The notes under the pieces: model-generated | What the model was told of the DNA's origin: nothing | Databases searched by the model: none | Seen by the model: the letters and a program-made list of their open reading frames with translations, nothing else | Shown here: piece by piece, positions 14,306-27,200 of the stretch | Layout of the letters: each line of letters opens with the position of its first letter | Position numbering within the stretch: position 1 is the first letter of the stretch | Position numbers and translations under genes: made by a program | Assembly: GCA_026936335.1 (NCBI GenBank) | Contig: JAPMXV010000043.1 | Location: 372,001-436,000, forward strand | Source of the DNA: Mantamonas sphyraenae STR306 | Lineage: Eukaryota; Protista; CRuMs | DNA: 64,000 nucleotides | Direction: 5' to 3'

Positions 14306-15497
14306 TCAACCCTTGCAGCAACCCTTCTTCTGCTTGCCCTCGTCGAGCACGATCCCGCTCGAGGAGGAGCCCTCGCCTCCGTCGCTACTCTTTTGTGTCT
14401 GTTCGACCACGAGCTCGGTGACGGCGTCCAGCAGCGCCTCCATGTTGTGGCCTGTCTTGGAGGAGGTTTCAAACACGTTTGCCCCAATCTCGTTGGCATA
14501 CACTTGGGCCTCACTCTCCTGCACCGCCCTGGGTTTCTTGTTCTCATCCACCAGATCCTTCTTGGAGCCAATCAGGATGATCCTGCACGACGGCTCCACG
14601 CTGGACAGCTTCTCCACGTACTTGCCCAGCTGTTCAAACGACGCACGGTCTGTGATGTCTGTGCGCACACGGAAACATGAGGGATTGGACGGTGGGAGGA
14701 CGTGATGGGAAGAGTGGAGTTTGCGGGTTGCGGGGGGAGGAGGGGGGGGGGGTGAAGAAGGAGGAGCGGGAGTGAGTTTGTGCCCGTTTGGGATGCGCTT
14801 GGGTTTTTGGTACCACAACGTACCATAGACAAGCAGGCCGACGTGTGCGTTGCGACAGTAGATCGATGTGAGGGAGTCGTACTTGTCCTGACCCGCAGTG
14901 TCCTGTGAATGTGTGCATGTGATGGCGGGGAGCGCGTGTGTGAGCGAGTCTGTTCGTCGTTGCCTCCCTCTGGCGTGGCTGGTGGGATTGCAACCCACCC
15001 AAATGCCCAGCTTGACGTTCTTCCAGATCTACGATGTGCACAGTGCACGGTGCGTGTACATCACCACCAGTCCACATGGTTGAGGGTGCGTCGTGTGTGT
15101 GTGGTGCGTCGTGTGTGTGTGTGTGTGTCCGCGAGTGTGTGTGAGTCGCCGCCTCTCAATTCCACGACTCATTTCTGCTCCCAGCTGAACGGTGTTTTGT
15201 CGCGTCCAGCTCTTCACGCCCACCCACCTTGAGTGCAAACGCAGCCCCGATTGTCGACTGGGTGTTTGTGCTCCATGTGTCATCTGCATGTTTGCCAATG
15301 CGTGTGTTTGTCGCGTGTACGTGGTGGAGTGGAGAGAGCGAGAGAGAGTGTGTGTGTGTGAGCTGCCCCTACCCCTCTCTCCGTGTCCAAACACGCCTCC
15401 TGGTCTCCCACAACCTACGAATGCATCGCCACACCAGACTGCTCTTGCCCACAGAGCTCTTTCCCAGCACAATCACCTTGCCGGTTCCCTTCTCCAT
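14306..15497 (-). CDS. Rab GTPase, Rab20/Rab24-like; 5 exons
   Basis: GKSSVGKS, STIGAAF, GIWDTAGQ, GSKKDL, ETSSK and C-terminal GCCKG prenylation motif. Four in-frame GT-AG introns. An alternative in-frame ATG lies at 15524. Confidence 0.85.
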
Positions 15498-15671
15498 GTT
15501 TGGCGCCGGTGTTGGAGTTGGCATGGCGAGCGAGCGTCTTGCCCGCACCCGCAACTGCCGTCACCATCCACACCCCCCTTCCCACCACACCCTCCCATCC
15601 CCCTCCTCCCCGTCCTTGCCCTTTTGTCTCAATGTCCTTTGGGTGTGGCATGCGTGTGTCCACCCAAGCCA

Positions 15672-16530
15672 ATGCTGAAGGAACAGAGCGAAGAGCGCAC
15701 GGCGTCGCCTTCCATCCCTGTGCGCAGGGATTGGAGCAGCGATGGCAGCAGGCGTCTCAGCGAAACCATTGCAGCCAATGCCAACGGCATGGGCTCCATA
15801 GGCTACGTCAGCGGCTCGGACAGCGAGCAGGAATCGCCATACCAGCCTCGTCTGCGCGCCACGCAGAGCATGGACGACTACTCGGCTGGCCATGCCGAGG
15901 TCGCTTCGCTCACCCGCTCCATCAGTGGCAACGTACGCCAAGCAGCCTCCCCGTCCATGACCCAAGCACGCGCCCGTCTGGGAAATCCCAACACAAACTC
16001 CAGTGGAAGCCAACATAGCAGCAGCAGCAGCAGGCCTGCGCCGCTGCAGTACACTCCACGTTCCGTGACGTCAGGATCCACTTCGGGGACCCCCACGTCT
16101 GTGCCAGGCCCTGCAGACGCCCCATCGTCTGCACACACGTCCGCCAGTGGCCATGTGACGCCCTCCTACTCGCCAGTCAACACGCCTTCCTCACTGGCTT
16201 CCCCGTACGGCAGCGCCTCCACTGCCTTTCTTCTCGAGACCCGCGAGGGCTCTCCAGGAACCGCCCAGCACACCTCCAACGGCGGCGACCACAACGCAGA
16301 CTGGCACGCCCAGCTGGCCGACTTGCAGAAACGCCTTGCTCAGATGAGCCAGAAGCACGACAGTGCCCTCCAGCTGGCCGAGGAGGCCTCCAAAGAGCGC
16401 GACCAGGCCGTGCGTGATGTCCGCACCTACAGGTCTCGCCTTCTTCACCTCGCCCAAACCTCCTTCCCTTCCGTCTTTCTCGTCCGCTGGCTCTTTTACC
16501 GGGTGCTTGGGTAAGTTTCCCCTTCCACCA

Positions 16531-16580
<50 letters not shown>

Positions 16581-18637
16581 CCAAGGCGTGTTCATTTTTT
16601 GCTGACTCGTACCGCCCTCCTCGCCCCTCGCCCTCCCCACGGGTGCTGCTGCCACTTCTGCCGTGCAGCATTGTCTATTTAAGTGCGTTTTGGTCCCTAT
16701 GGACCCAACTGAGTCTGTTTTCCGACCAAGGTGGCGTGGTACCCGTGTCGCCGTACCTCGACCGCGTGCAGGCGCAGTACCCAGACTCGAACAAGTACTG
16801 GGCCCTTCCCACGCTTGCCTGGCTGTGCCACCACGCCTCCTGGTGTGCCATGCCCACGTTCCTATCCATCATCACCCTGCTGGGCATGCTGTTGTCCCTT
16901 GCCCTTACCCTGGGCGTCCAGCTCTCCCCCGTCCTTGCCCTCCTCTGGCTCTTCTACCTCTCCGTCGCCAAGGTCGCACAGGGCTTCCTTAGCTTCCAAT
17001 GGGACCGTTTGCTGCTTGAGGCCGGCTTCCTGGCCATCCTGTTGGCGCCCACACGCCACCTGAAGCAGTTTTCCTTTCGCAGCAAGCCCAACCATGCCGT
17101 GGTCTTTCTCTTCCGCTGGTTGCTCTTTAGGGTCATGTTCACCTCGGGGGTGGCCAAACTCAACCCATCCTGGACCTCCTTCCAGGCCTATAGCCACCTG
17201 TTTGAGACCCAGGTTCTGCCCTCCAACCTGTCCTGGTACCTGCACCAGGCCCCGTTCTGGTGGCACCAGATCGGCACCCTGTTTACGTATGCCGTGGAAA
17301 TCCTCCTGCCTTTCCTTCTCTTTGCTCCCCATCGCCTGGGTCGCCTGGTGGCTGCTGGCGTGCTGGCACTGTATCAGATCCAGGCTGCCCTCATGGGCAA
17401 CTATGCGTTTTATCACCTGCTCATGCTTGCCCTGTGTCTCATGGCCCTGGACGACAACGCCATCAAGACCCTGTTTCCCCTGCCTGTGGTCAAGCAGCTG
17501 GAGCAGCTGCAGACCGAAGAGGCTCTGGCCAAGGATCACGGACGCCGCGATGGCGCACGTGCCATGGGTCGCCAGGCACGCGACTGCGTCCTCCTCTCTG
17601 TGGTCCTCTTTCTCTTTGTGGCCTCTCTTGTGCCTGTGGCCCATCTTGTGCTCGAGGACGGCCACGATCAGAGTGCCCACGTGCCGCCGGGCATCCAGAA
17701 GCTGTACGACTTTTCCCAACACTTTTCGTTGGTGACCACGTACGAAATGCTGGCACAGGTGCGCAGCGAGCGTTTGGAGGTGGTGTTGGAGGGCTCGGAC
17801 GACCTGGACGAGTGGACCGAGTTCCACACGCGTTACCGACCAAGTGATCCGTGCGCGCCGCTGCGCACCGTGCTGCTGCACGCACCTCGCCTGGACATGA
17901 TGCTGTGGCAGGCTGCCGATGGCGGAGGCTACCAGAAACACGAGTGGTTTGTCAACATGATTGCTCGCGTGCTGGAAGGACGTCCTGCCGTGCTGGAACA
18001 CCTGGCCGGTCCTGCGGCTGTCCGTGGCCGTCCCTTCAAGTACGTCCGTGCCAATGTCTACCACTACGCGTTTCGCAACCGCACCATGCGTCTCAACGCA
18101 TGTCCTTGGCACCGTGCACACAAGGACACCTACTTTCCCATTGTGGACCTGGAAAACAAGAGTCTTCGCCACTTTCTCGAGCACTACGGCTGGGGTCTGG
18201 GTAGCCACCAGGCAGGCGCACATGCAGCGCATGCAGGCACACACAGTGTGGCGGACGAAGGGCAACAGCAACAGGGGAATGCGCAGGCGCAGGAGGCCAA
18301 GCAGGAGGCTAAGCAGCAGGAGCAGCAGCAGCCTCCGCAGGAGAGCCAAGCGGCTGCTGCCACGCCCCAAGCTACAGCTTCACCGCCTCAGGCCACGGAT
18401 GCTCCACCCCAGGCAACACCCACGTATGTGCCTGAGCCCGAACACGAGGCAGAGCCCACGCCGCCGCCGCCGCCGCCAGCGCCGCCTGCGGAAACACCCG
18501 AGGCACAGGCAGCAGCACAGTACGACAACTCGCACACGCAGCATCATGACGACGACGCAGGCGCAGCTTCGGACAGCGACCATAGCCTCTTGTCGGATGA
18601 CGAGGCGTCGGATGACGAAGACGGCTGGAGGTTTTGA
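15672..18637 (+). CDS. Lipase maturation factor (LMF1/LMF2) family membrane protein with long N- and C-terminal extensions; 2 exons
   Basis: FLSFQWDRLLLEAGFLAI, FRWLLFRVMFTSGVAK, FETQVLP, LMGNYAFYHLL, ERLEVVLEGS, PRLDMMLW. Intron ~16511-16668 (GTAAGT..TGCAG). Confidence 0.9.
16534..16579. repeat. (TG)n microsatellite in LMF intron
   Basis: Perfect dinucleotide run seen directly. Confidence 0.95.
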
Positions 18638-18739
18638 AAGATGCAACGAATGAATGGACAGTGTTTTTGCAGCTTCATCGTCAACGATGTGGGTGTTTGT
18701 TGGTCCTCAGACACACAACAGACAGGCCAAACCGACTGC

Positions 18740-18979
18740 TTAGTAGCGGTACTGGTCGGACTTGAAGGGTCCCTCGGCGCTCTCCATGTGCAGGTACTGG
18801 ACCTGCTTCTTGCTCAGGGTGGTGAGCTTGGCACCGAGCTTGGGCAGATGCAGAGCAGCGACCTCCTCGTCGAGCTTGCGGGGCAGCACGTACACCTTGC
18901 CGGTCTCGTACTTCTCCTTCTCGGTCCACAGGGTGATCTGGGCCAGCACCTGGTTGGTGAACGAGCAGCTCATGACAAA

Positions 18980-19015
<36 letters not shown>

Positions 19016-20940
19016 ACGGCCGCGGGCCAGCAGGATGATGGCGTGGCCGTCGGGGAACACAAACTGGTCAACGTTGTCCTTGATGTTGACAATCTCAATG
19101 TCCGGGTAGTTCTCCAGGGCGGCGACCTCGATCTCGTCGTCAAAGTGACCGATGTTGCACACAATGGCGTTGTGCTTCATCTTCTCCATGTGCTCCACGG
19201 TGATGATGTCGGTGTTGCCGGTGGCGGTGACAAACACGTCGACCTCGCCGACCACGTCGTCCACGGGCACGACGTCGTAGCCCTCCATGGAGGCCTGCAG
19301 GGCGCAGATCGGGTCGATCTCAGAGATGGACACACGAGCACCCTGGCTGCGCAGGGAAGCGGCAGAGCCCTTGCCCACGTCGCCAAAGCCGCACACGTGT
19401 GCGCGCTTGCCCGAAAGCATGACGTCCGTGGCACGCATGATCGAGTCGACCAGCGAGTGGCGGCAGCCGTAGATGTTGTCAAACTTGGACTTGGTGACGC
19501 TGTCGTTCACGTTGATGGCAGGGAACAGCAGGGTGCCCTCGGCCTCCATCTGCTGCAGGCGGTGCACACCGGTGGTGGTCTCCTCAGACACACCCTGGCA
19601 CTGCTTCACCATCTCGTGGAACACACCCGGCTCGTCCTTCATGATGCGCTTGATCAGGGCGTTGACCACCTTCATCTCGGCGTTGTCGTTGCCCTCCTCC
19701 AGGATCGAGGCGTCCTCCTCGGCCGAGTAGCCACGGTGCAGCAGCTGCGTAGCGTCGCTGCCGTCGTCCACAATCATGTCCGGGCCGCGGTTGTCGCCGA
19801 AGCGCAGTGCCTGCCACGTGCAGTCCCAGTACTCCCTGTGGTGGTGCGGTGGTGTCAGCACTGTGTGTGTGTTGCTGTGTCGCTGGTGCCTCGTGCGTGT
19901 GCAACGCCACGTGGAAAAGAGGGTCCCACACTGCACACTCTCTGCTGAAAAACTCACTCCAGGGTCTCGTTCTTCCAGGCAAAGACTGTGGTCGGTGTGT
20001 GTCATGTGCAACGTGTGCAGTGCGGGTTGCCATGCCCATGCGACGCGTGCATCATTATTATAATCGGCGTCAGTGTTTCTCCTTGGCCGACGGAGGTCTG
20101 GGCGGCGTGTTTTTTTTTTCGTCGTTGGGCGTTTGGGATCTTGGCGTTGGAAAAAACGCCCCTTCAAAACGTACCCGGGACGCCACGGATGGCCACGGCG
20201 GCAGCGGCTTCATCCTGAGTGGAGTAGATGTTCTGTGTAGGGGAGAATGGGAGGAGCGCAGACATTTGCGGGGACGTGCATGAGGGTCAGCAAGGGCAAG
20301 TGTGGCGACGGCGTGTTTTTTCCGCTGGGGCTTGCATGTGCTGACACGTCGCACGTCAAGCAACGGATTTCGTGCCGCGCAAAACGCTGCGGACGCGCCA
20401 CAGGGAGGGGCGTGCAGGTGAGGGCAACTTACGCAGGAAGCCCAGCGGACCTCGGCACCAAGCTCCACGAGGGTCTCGATGAGCACGGCGGTCTGCACAG
20501 TCATGTGGAGGGAGCCCATGATCTTGACACCTTCCAGCGGCTTGCTGGGGCCGTACTTCTCGCGGCAGTTCATCAGACCGGGCATCTCGACCTCAGCCAG
20601 GTCCAGTTGCTGTGGTGTGTGTGTGCACGGTCACATGTGCCGTCACCTGTGTAAGTTGCGTGTCCCTCCGCCTCAGCGATGGCTGTGTACGTGGCCCACG
20701 GGTGTCTCGAGCATGCGACGGAATCCCGGACCCGAGGAAGATTCCCTCTCTTGCGTCCGGCGCACTCCCGCACACACGCGCGCGCACACGTGCACGGCTC
20801 CATACGCCGTGATCGCCGTCCCCAGCTGCGTGTGCTTCTCCACTCACCTTGCGGCCTGCCTCGTGCAGATCGATGTTGCGCACCCAGTACTCCAGGTTGC
20901 CGTCGTTGACCTTTTGGATCTTGTTCTCGCTGCTGCTCAT
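18740..20940 (-). CDS. AHCY: S-adenosylhomocysteine hydrolase; 5 exons
   Basis: [20 protein letters not shown]|[65 protein letters not shown]. Four in-frame introns. Confidence 0.97.
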
Positions 20941-21138
20941 CTTAACTCTGCGTGGGTGCGCATGCACATCTGTGGTGTCAGTCGTCTCTACAAGACACTC
21001 GCGTGTGTGGATGTGCAACCGAAAACACTTATGCTCGCGCGCGTTTGTCCCCGTTCCTACCTTTTTCAGTTTGAAGTGCCACGTGTGGCGCACAACGCAC
21101 GGAGCCACCCAAGCAGATTCAATTCATTCGACAGGTGC

Positions 21139-21892
21139 ATGCGGATGCGAAACGAAACCACGCGCTCCTCCCTGTTTGCAGGTGCGTCCGTACGCGATAG
21201 CAACACGCTGCCGTCCTCCATCTACAGTGAGAACGCGGCGTCGATGCAGCGCGAAGAGACGGACAACCAGGCAGAGGTGCTCCACAGCAAAGTTGGCACC
21301 CTTCGCGACCTGACTCTCAACATTGACAGGGAACTCCAGGAACACAACAGGATGCTCGACAGCATGGTAGGTTGCGCACTGCCCAGTGCACGGGCCCCAC
21401 AGGCGCACTCTCGCCCTCGCCCCCCCCCTCCCCCCAACGCAGAGGCCCCATACTCGCCCACATACACGTCTGTGTGGCATACCACACACTGTACAACACA
21501 CCACACACGCAAACCCCCCGTCTCCACTTGCCAAATATCGCACACAGCGTAAGGAGCTCACACAAAACGGACCGGTTTCCACAACGTGGGAATGGGCCAA
21601 CCGGAATTCACTTGCTTTGTCTGCGCAGAACGACGGCACCAGCGAAACACAGGGACTCCTGGGCGGCACAATGAATCGGTTGGACCGTATGCTTGGCTCG
21701 GGTGGCAACCGCAACATTTGCATGATGGCCTTGGGGATTGTGGCCGTCGTCATCCTTCTGTGGCTTGTCATCAAGTTCACCGCAGGCAACGCCAGCTCCG
21801 TGCCAGATCCCACCGACGCTGGCGAGACAGGAGCCTCGGTCGTACAACTCGTCCAGCAGGCAAAGGCAGCATGGGAGGCCACAGAAATGTAA
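21139..21892 (+). CDS. BET1: BET1-like Qc-SNARE; 2 exons
   Basis: SNARE helix (LHSKVGTLRDLTLNIDRELQEHNRMLDSM|NDG..GLLGGTMNRL) followed by a transmembrane segment. Intron ~21367-21628. The start is uncertain. Confidence 0.8.
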
Positions 21893-21984
21893 AAAAGGGA
21901 AGTGCAATCTTCAATCTTGTTCGGAGTTTCTCTGTACACACACAGACACAGACACACACGTCCATGTTCGAGACGCACGGTGCA

Positions 21985-23600
21985 TTAGGCAACGGTGGTG
22001 AGAGCGAGACGCAGCTCTTCGGCAGCTTCTTGGACGCGTGTGCCGAGGGCGCTGTCGCCGAGGCTGAGGACGTCGTTGACAAAGGCCTTTGCACCCGACT
22101 GCTTGGCCAGCAGCTTGAGGTCGGCATTGTTGTGGAGAAGGGTGGTGGCAGCGACGAGAGCAGGAAAGACGACGTCTGGGTTGCGGTCGGAGAGTCCGAG
22201 CATGTGGGCCAGCGCCCCAAGGCATTGTGCACGTCCCTGCTGCATCTCCTCCTTGAGAAGGGAGCGTGAACCGTAGAGGACGGTGTAGTTGGACAGGAGA
22301 GCAACGACGGCGGATTGCAGACGTGCATCACCCTGGATGCTGCCGCTCTCCTCGCTCACCAATGAGTACAGCAAGCCCATGGTGCGCAGGTGTGCGTTCT
22401 CAGACACTTGCATGCTCTCTTCGGGGAAACGGAACATGTTTGCAGCCAAGCGCATGCTCAACAGACGGATGGCTTTGGGCAGTGGTTTGCTACCGGCTGC
22501 CTGCTGCTGCTGCTGCTGCTGCTGCTCGGCAAACACTGTCTCCATGACGTGGTCCAACAAGTCAAAGTACACGCCGCCGTCTTCTGCTGTTCGAGCCAGC
22601 CCCAGGTTGGTCAGCGAGTCGATCAGCGCCTGCTCGGGTCGCGATTGTGCAGGCAGCGCCATCTGCAACACATAGTGGCTGGCGTTTGGATGAAGCACCA
22701 GCAAACGCCACAGATCCAACACGGGCAACCACTTGGTTGCCGGCCACGTGAGCATCTTGAGCATGACATGCATACAGGCTGCGGGCAAGGCAGGCGGGCC
22801 TCCGTCTTCCTCGGCCACAAGGAAGAGCTTGGAGCCCGTGCCGGCTGTTGGTGCATACAGAGTGTCCAAAATCGTGTCCAACTGCGCTCGTTCCAAATCG
22901 TCCAATTGCAGCTGCGAGTCCACCTCGCCTGCAAACTGCTCAATCTTGCCCTGGATGTTTGCCCTCTTTGGCATCTGCGGAAACAGAATCATGGTGGATT
23001 TGGGCGCGTGCGTTTGCGACACATACACGTCTCCCAACGTCTCCTGTGCGCCCGAGGAGGATGAGGATGAGGAGGAGGAGGAGGAGGAGGAGGAGCCGCC
23101 ATCCAAACCGATGGCCTCGTTCAGTTTCTCCAGTTGCTTCCAGTCCTGCGGCGACACAATGACGTCGGGCACACATGTGCCCATGTGAGCGTAGCAGACC
23201 ATGAGGGGTAGCTTGCGGTAGAACATGAGGATGGCAGTGGCCACGCTGACGGCAAGGGCGCCCTCTGTGTCACTGTGCAACAACAGCCTGCCCTTGGCCT
23301 TTTGCACCTGTGTGAACGTAGCCAACACGTCCTGCAGCTCCGGGTTGGCCGTAGGCGATGCCATGGGGATCCATTGGTAGCTGAAGCGGTTGTGCAGGGC
23401 GTAGTCCTCTTTGGAGAGGTTGATCACGTGCGTGATGCCAGCTGCATCCAGAGCCTCTTCGCTCGGTTGGCCATGCGCATTCACATACAGCAGCTGCAGA
23501 AAGGGAAGCAATGATCACAGCAAGCAACCAAGGATGATTCCTTTGTCAGCAAGCCATGGTCCAAGGGGGGGAAGGGGAAGGCCGGAAGAGATGTCACAAC

Positions 23601-23631
<31 letters not shown>

Positions 23632-24219
23632 GAAACTTACGTAGGGTAGGATCTCGTTGGGCATGCTGGTGGGCCACGAGGAGCCTTGGGAGGCGTCTGC
23701 GACAACGAGGGAGGGGAACACAGTGGCAAACTTGGCCAGGCCGCCCTTGAGTTGGCAAAGCTGGACGGCTGAGGAATTCTGGAGCAGAAAGTCGAGGAGT
23801 TGGGAGGCGAGGCTGGTGTCGGACGGATACGAGTCCTGGGCGTCAAAGGCAACCACGACCTTGTTCTCCACAGAGGTGATGAGTGCGAGTGTGTCGTTGG
23901 CACTGGGGTTGTCCAGGAGGGCGGAAACGGAAACCGGGATGGCCCGCGGCAGTTGTGTGCCTGCAGCCTCACGCTCCTCCTCGGGCCTTGCGTCGAGGAG
24001 TACGATGGGTGCATTGTTGACAATGCTATTGTACAGCTGCGAATACGTGAGGTTGGTGACCGAAGATGCGCGTTCCACCGTCACCTGCGAACGCTTGGAG
24101 CCCGAAGAGGAGGACGACGAGGACGACGACGACGACGATCCCGATGCACTTCCTGATGTCTGCTCACCACGCATTTTGGCCCGTTCTTCGGCCATCATGG
24201 CCTTGAAATCGAGCTCCAT
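21985..24219 (-). CDS. Rhodanese (CH2) + degenerate dual-specificity phosphatase + PUL domain protein; 2 exons
   Basis: IVLLDARP..LPRAIPV..LKGGLAKFATVFP (MKP-type rhodanese), PNEILPY|LLYV..GITHVINLS (DSP), and WP..WLPVLDLWRLLVLHP / LLSMRLAANMF (PUL). Intron ~23495-23640. Confidence 0.8.
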
Positions 24220-24263
24220 GGCAAAAAGGGTTGATGCGGTGGCCCAGGCAGCGCAGGTCTTCC

Positions 24264-27200
24264 ATGGTTCGTCACAAGCGCATCCCCAAACGCAAGCGAG
24301 AGGATGAGGAGGATGAGGAGGAGGAGGAGGAGGAGATGGTGCTGGTGGTGGATGACGAGGGAGAAGAGCAAGAGGAATGGGAAAGCGAAGGGGAGGCTGA
24401 TCAGCGTAGAGCGAAACGTCAGCGGGTGGTGGCGGACACAGAAGAGCGCACTGAGGATGTGGTGACACGGCTGTTCCGTGCCACATTGCCGCCCAAGGAT
24501 GCACCCATGGCCGATGTGAACGGCTGTGTGCTGTTGGCGGACTCGACCACCCTGCTCGAGCATCAGCGACAGGCGTGCACTGGATGCAGCAGCGGGAGAG
24601 AGAGTCGTCGGAGGATCATGCCAGCGTACGAGGAGGAGTGCTTGCAGATGAAATGGGCATGGGCAAAACAGTCGAGATGTTGGCACTGCTGTGTGCGTCT
24701 GCAGCGACGGCGGAAAACGAAACCACGCTGCTGATTGTTCCGGCGACGTTGCTGGCGCAGTGGGAGGGCGAAGTGGCGCGACACACACACCTCAGGCTGC
24801 GCAGATACAACGGATTGCGGCAGGGCGATGACTTGACCGATGAAGAGGCGGATGCAGTGCATATTGTGGCGACAACGTTTGCAGTGCTTCGTGGCGAGGT
24901 GCACCATCAGCACGAGGCCCGGGAGAGTTCACGTTTCGAGAAAAGGTACCAAAGCAAAGTGACGCTGTTGACACGCCGATTGTGGACACGCATTGTGGCG
25001 GATGAGAGTCAAATGACGGCTGGGTTGCCGCTTGCGCTGTGCCAACACATCGAAGCGGAACGCAGGTGGTGTGTGAGTGGCACTCCGGTTCATCGTTCCT
25101 TGGACGATCTGGGCAACATCCTCAAGTTTCTGGACATGGAACTGGCACAGGAGTGGCCTGCAATCAGGCGAGGCTTGCTGGCTGGCGACGCCGTCGCAGA
25201 ACAGCGTGTGCACGACGCCCTACATCCGGTGGTGTGGCGCAACACACGCGACAACGTGGGCCACGACGTGTTTGGCGTCGTGGAACACCAGCACACCCAC
25301 CATGTGTCCTGGACACCACTGGAGCGTTTCTTCAACGCCAAGGTGGCACGACGTGCGTTGGCCAGAGCCACCGAACGCAACGTGCGTTACGCACAACTCA
25401 AGGCATTGGTGATGGAGATGACACAGGCGGCCGTGCATCACTCGCTGGGTCGCAAGGAGGCAGGTGTGGGTGCAACTGGTGGCAGCGAACTGCATCCGGC
25501 CTCTGCCGTGACTCTCGCCGACCTGCAGCGTCTCATGCGCACACGCTGTCGCCTGGAGTGCATTGATGCGCAACGTGACATGGTGGCGCACATGCATGCG
25601 TTGGCTGGACTCAGTCTGCTCGAGGGCCGGACCGACGAGGCAGCCGAGCTGTACAACCGCGTGGTGACCATCAGCCGCAGCAGGAGGCACGGGACGACGT
25701 GGAAGTGGACAAACTTCAGGTGTTGCACGCCCTCAGTGGGATTGTGGAGTGTGGCGAGGACACGGACGACGAGATGGCTGAGCAATGTGCACAATTGAGA
25801 AAGGAGTACGTACAGCCTTCCAGAGACAGTCTGGAGGCATCCAAGGAGGTCATGGGCACAATGAGGGACAAGGTGGCACAGGGAAACACACACACGGGCT
25901 GGATCATCACGGTGATGGACACGGCACGCGATTTCGGGGTGCCCCTGCTGCGCCGCATCCAAAACGCCACTCCTGAAAACGATTCCTTGCTGAAAGACGT
26001 GCACACTCTCGACGCACTGAAGTTTGTGTTGTTGCGTGAGCTGGACGAAATCGAAGCTGCGTTTTCAGCGATGCAGACCGCTTTGCACGAGCTCGTTGAC
26101 AAAGAACCGATCGACGCAGCCACCGTGGCACTGGCCGGCAATTGCCGCTTCTGTCGCATCGACAAGACGGGAAGCATGTGTGCACACTGCCGCTTCCAGC
26201 GCAAGCACATGCTGCCTCTGCAGGGCAAGCTGTTCCGCTTCCAGAAACGAATGGCACGAGAGTCCAGACGCAGCGCCCTGGCTGCAGCAAACGTGGTTTC
26301 CTCATCCTCATCTGCGTCCTCGTCGTCCACACTGGCAAGTGTCGTGGCGGAGGAGGATGCGTTGGCCGAGGAGAGCGCACGCGGCGACATGAGCTTGACG
26401 ACATCAACGCTGACGCTTGCGCTTCAGATTGTCAGCAACTGGGCACGGAGTGCAGGGCTGCGCGCAACATCGGCGGCTGACGAGTACAACCAGATGCATG
26501 CAGGGCGTCTGGAACTGTTTGTGGCGTGTCGCGACGTGGTGACAAAGCACCAGAGCTTGTGTTTGGCAATGGATGAGCTGGAGATGGCGCAGATGCGACT
26601 GCGGATCGCCAACGAGGGCGAACGGTGAGCAGCGCAGATGCAGTTGCTGTGTTGGGCAGCACTTCAGAGATTGCGGGGCGTCGTGCACAGCACATTGCTG
26701 ACATGCGGACGGCGGAGCGCGAGGTTGACGAGCTGAAATCGCAGCTGCGCTTCTTGGACACGATATCCAAGCAGCGAGTGCAGGACAAGGAATGTGTCAT
26801 CTGCACGGAAAGGATGGGGGACAGAGACACTGCGGTGAGCATGCTTCAGTGTGGACATGTGTTCTGCGCCGAGTGCGTCGACGCCCTGGCCAGCAGCAAT
26901 AGCGCACAGTCGTTTGTGCGGTGTCCCACGTGTCGGCGACGCACCCCGCTGAGTGAAATCACAGCTGTGCAGGCGATAGACGACGATGGAGACGAACAGG
27001 AGCTGGTTGAGCAAGCCGAAGATCAAGGTGCACAGCAGGAGAGCAAGTACGGAACCAAGCTCCATGACATGGTCCAACTGTTGCACACACTGCGTGAAGA
27101 GGACTCATCATGCAAGGTGCTTGTGTTTTCGCAGTTTCCGGCACTGTTGCGGCTGATGGGGTTGGCCCTGAACGAAGCCGGGATGTCTTGGCTGAGTTTG

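Noticed and set aside
18640-18660. GAATGAA(T)-like motif after several stops (LMF, CDC45, SHPRH) as a polyadenylation signal
   Set aside because: There are too few and inconsistent instances to support it without 3'-end data.
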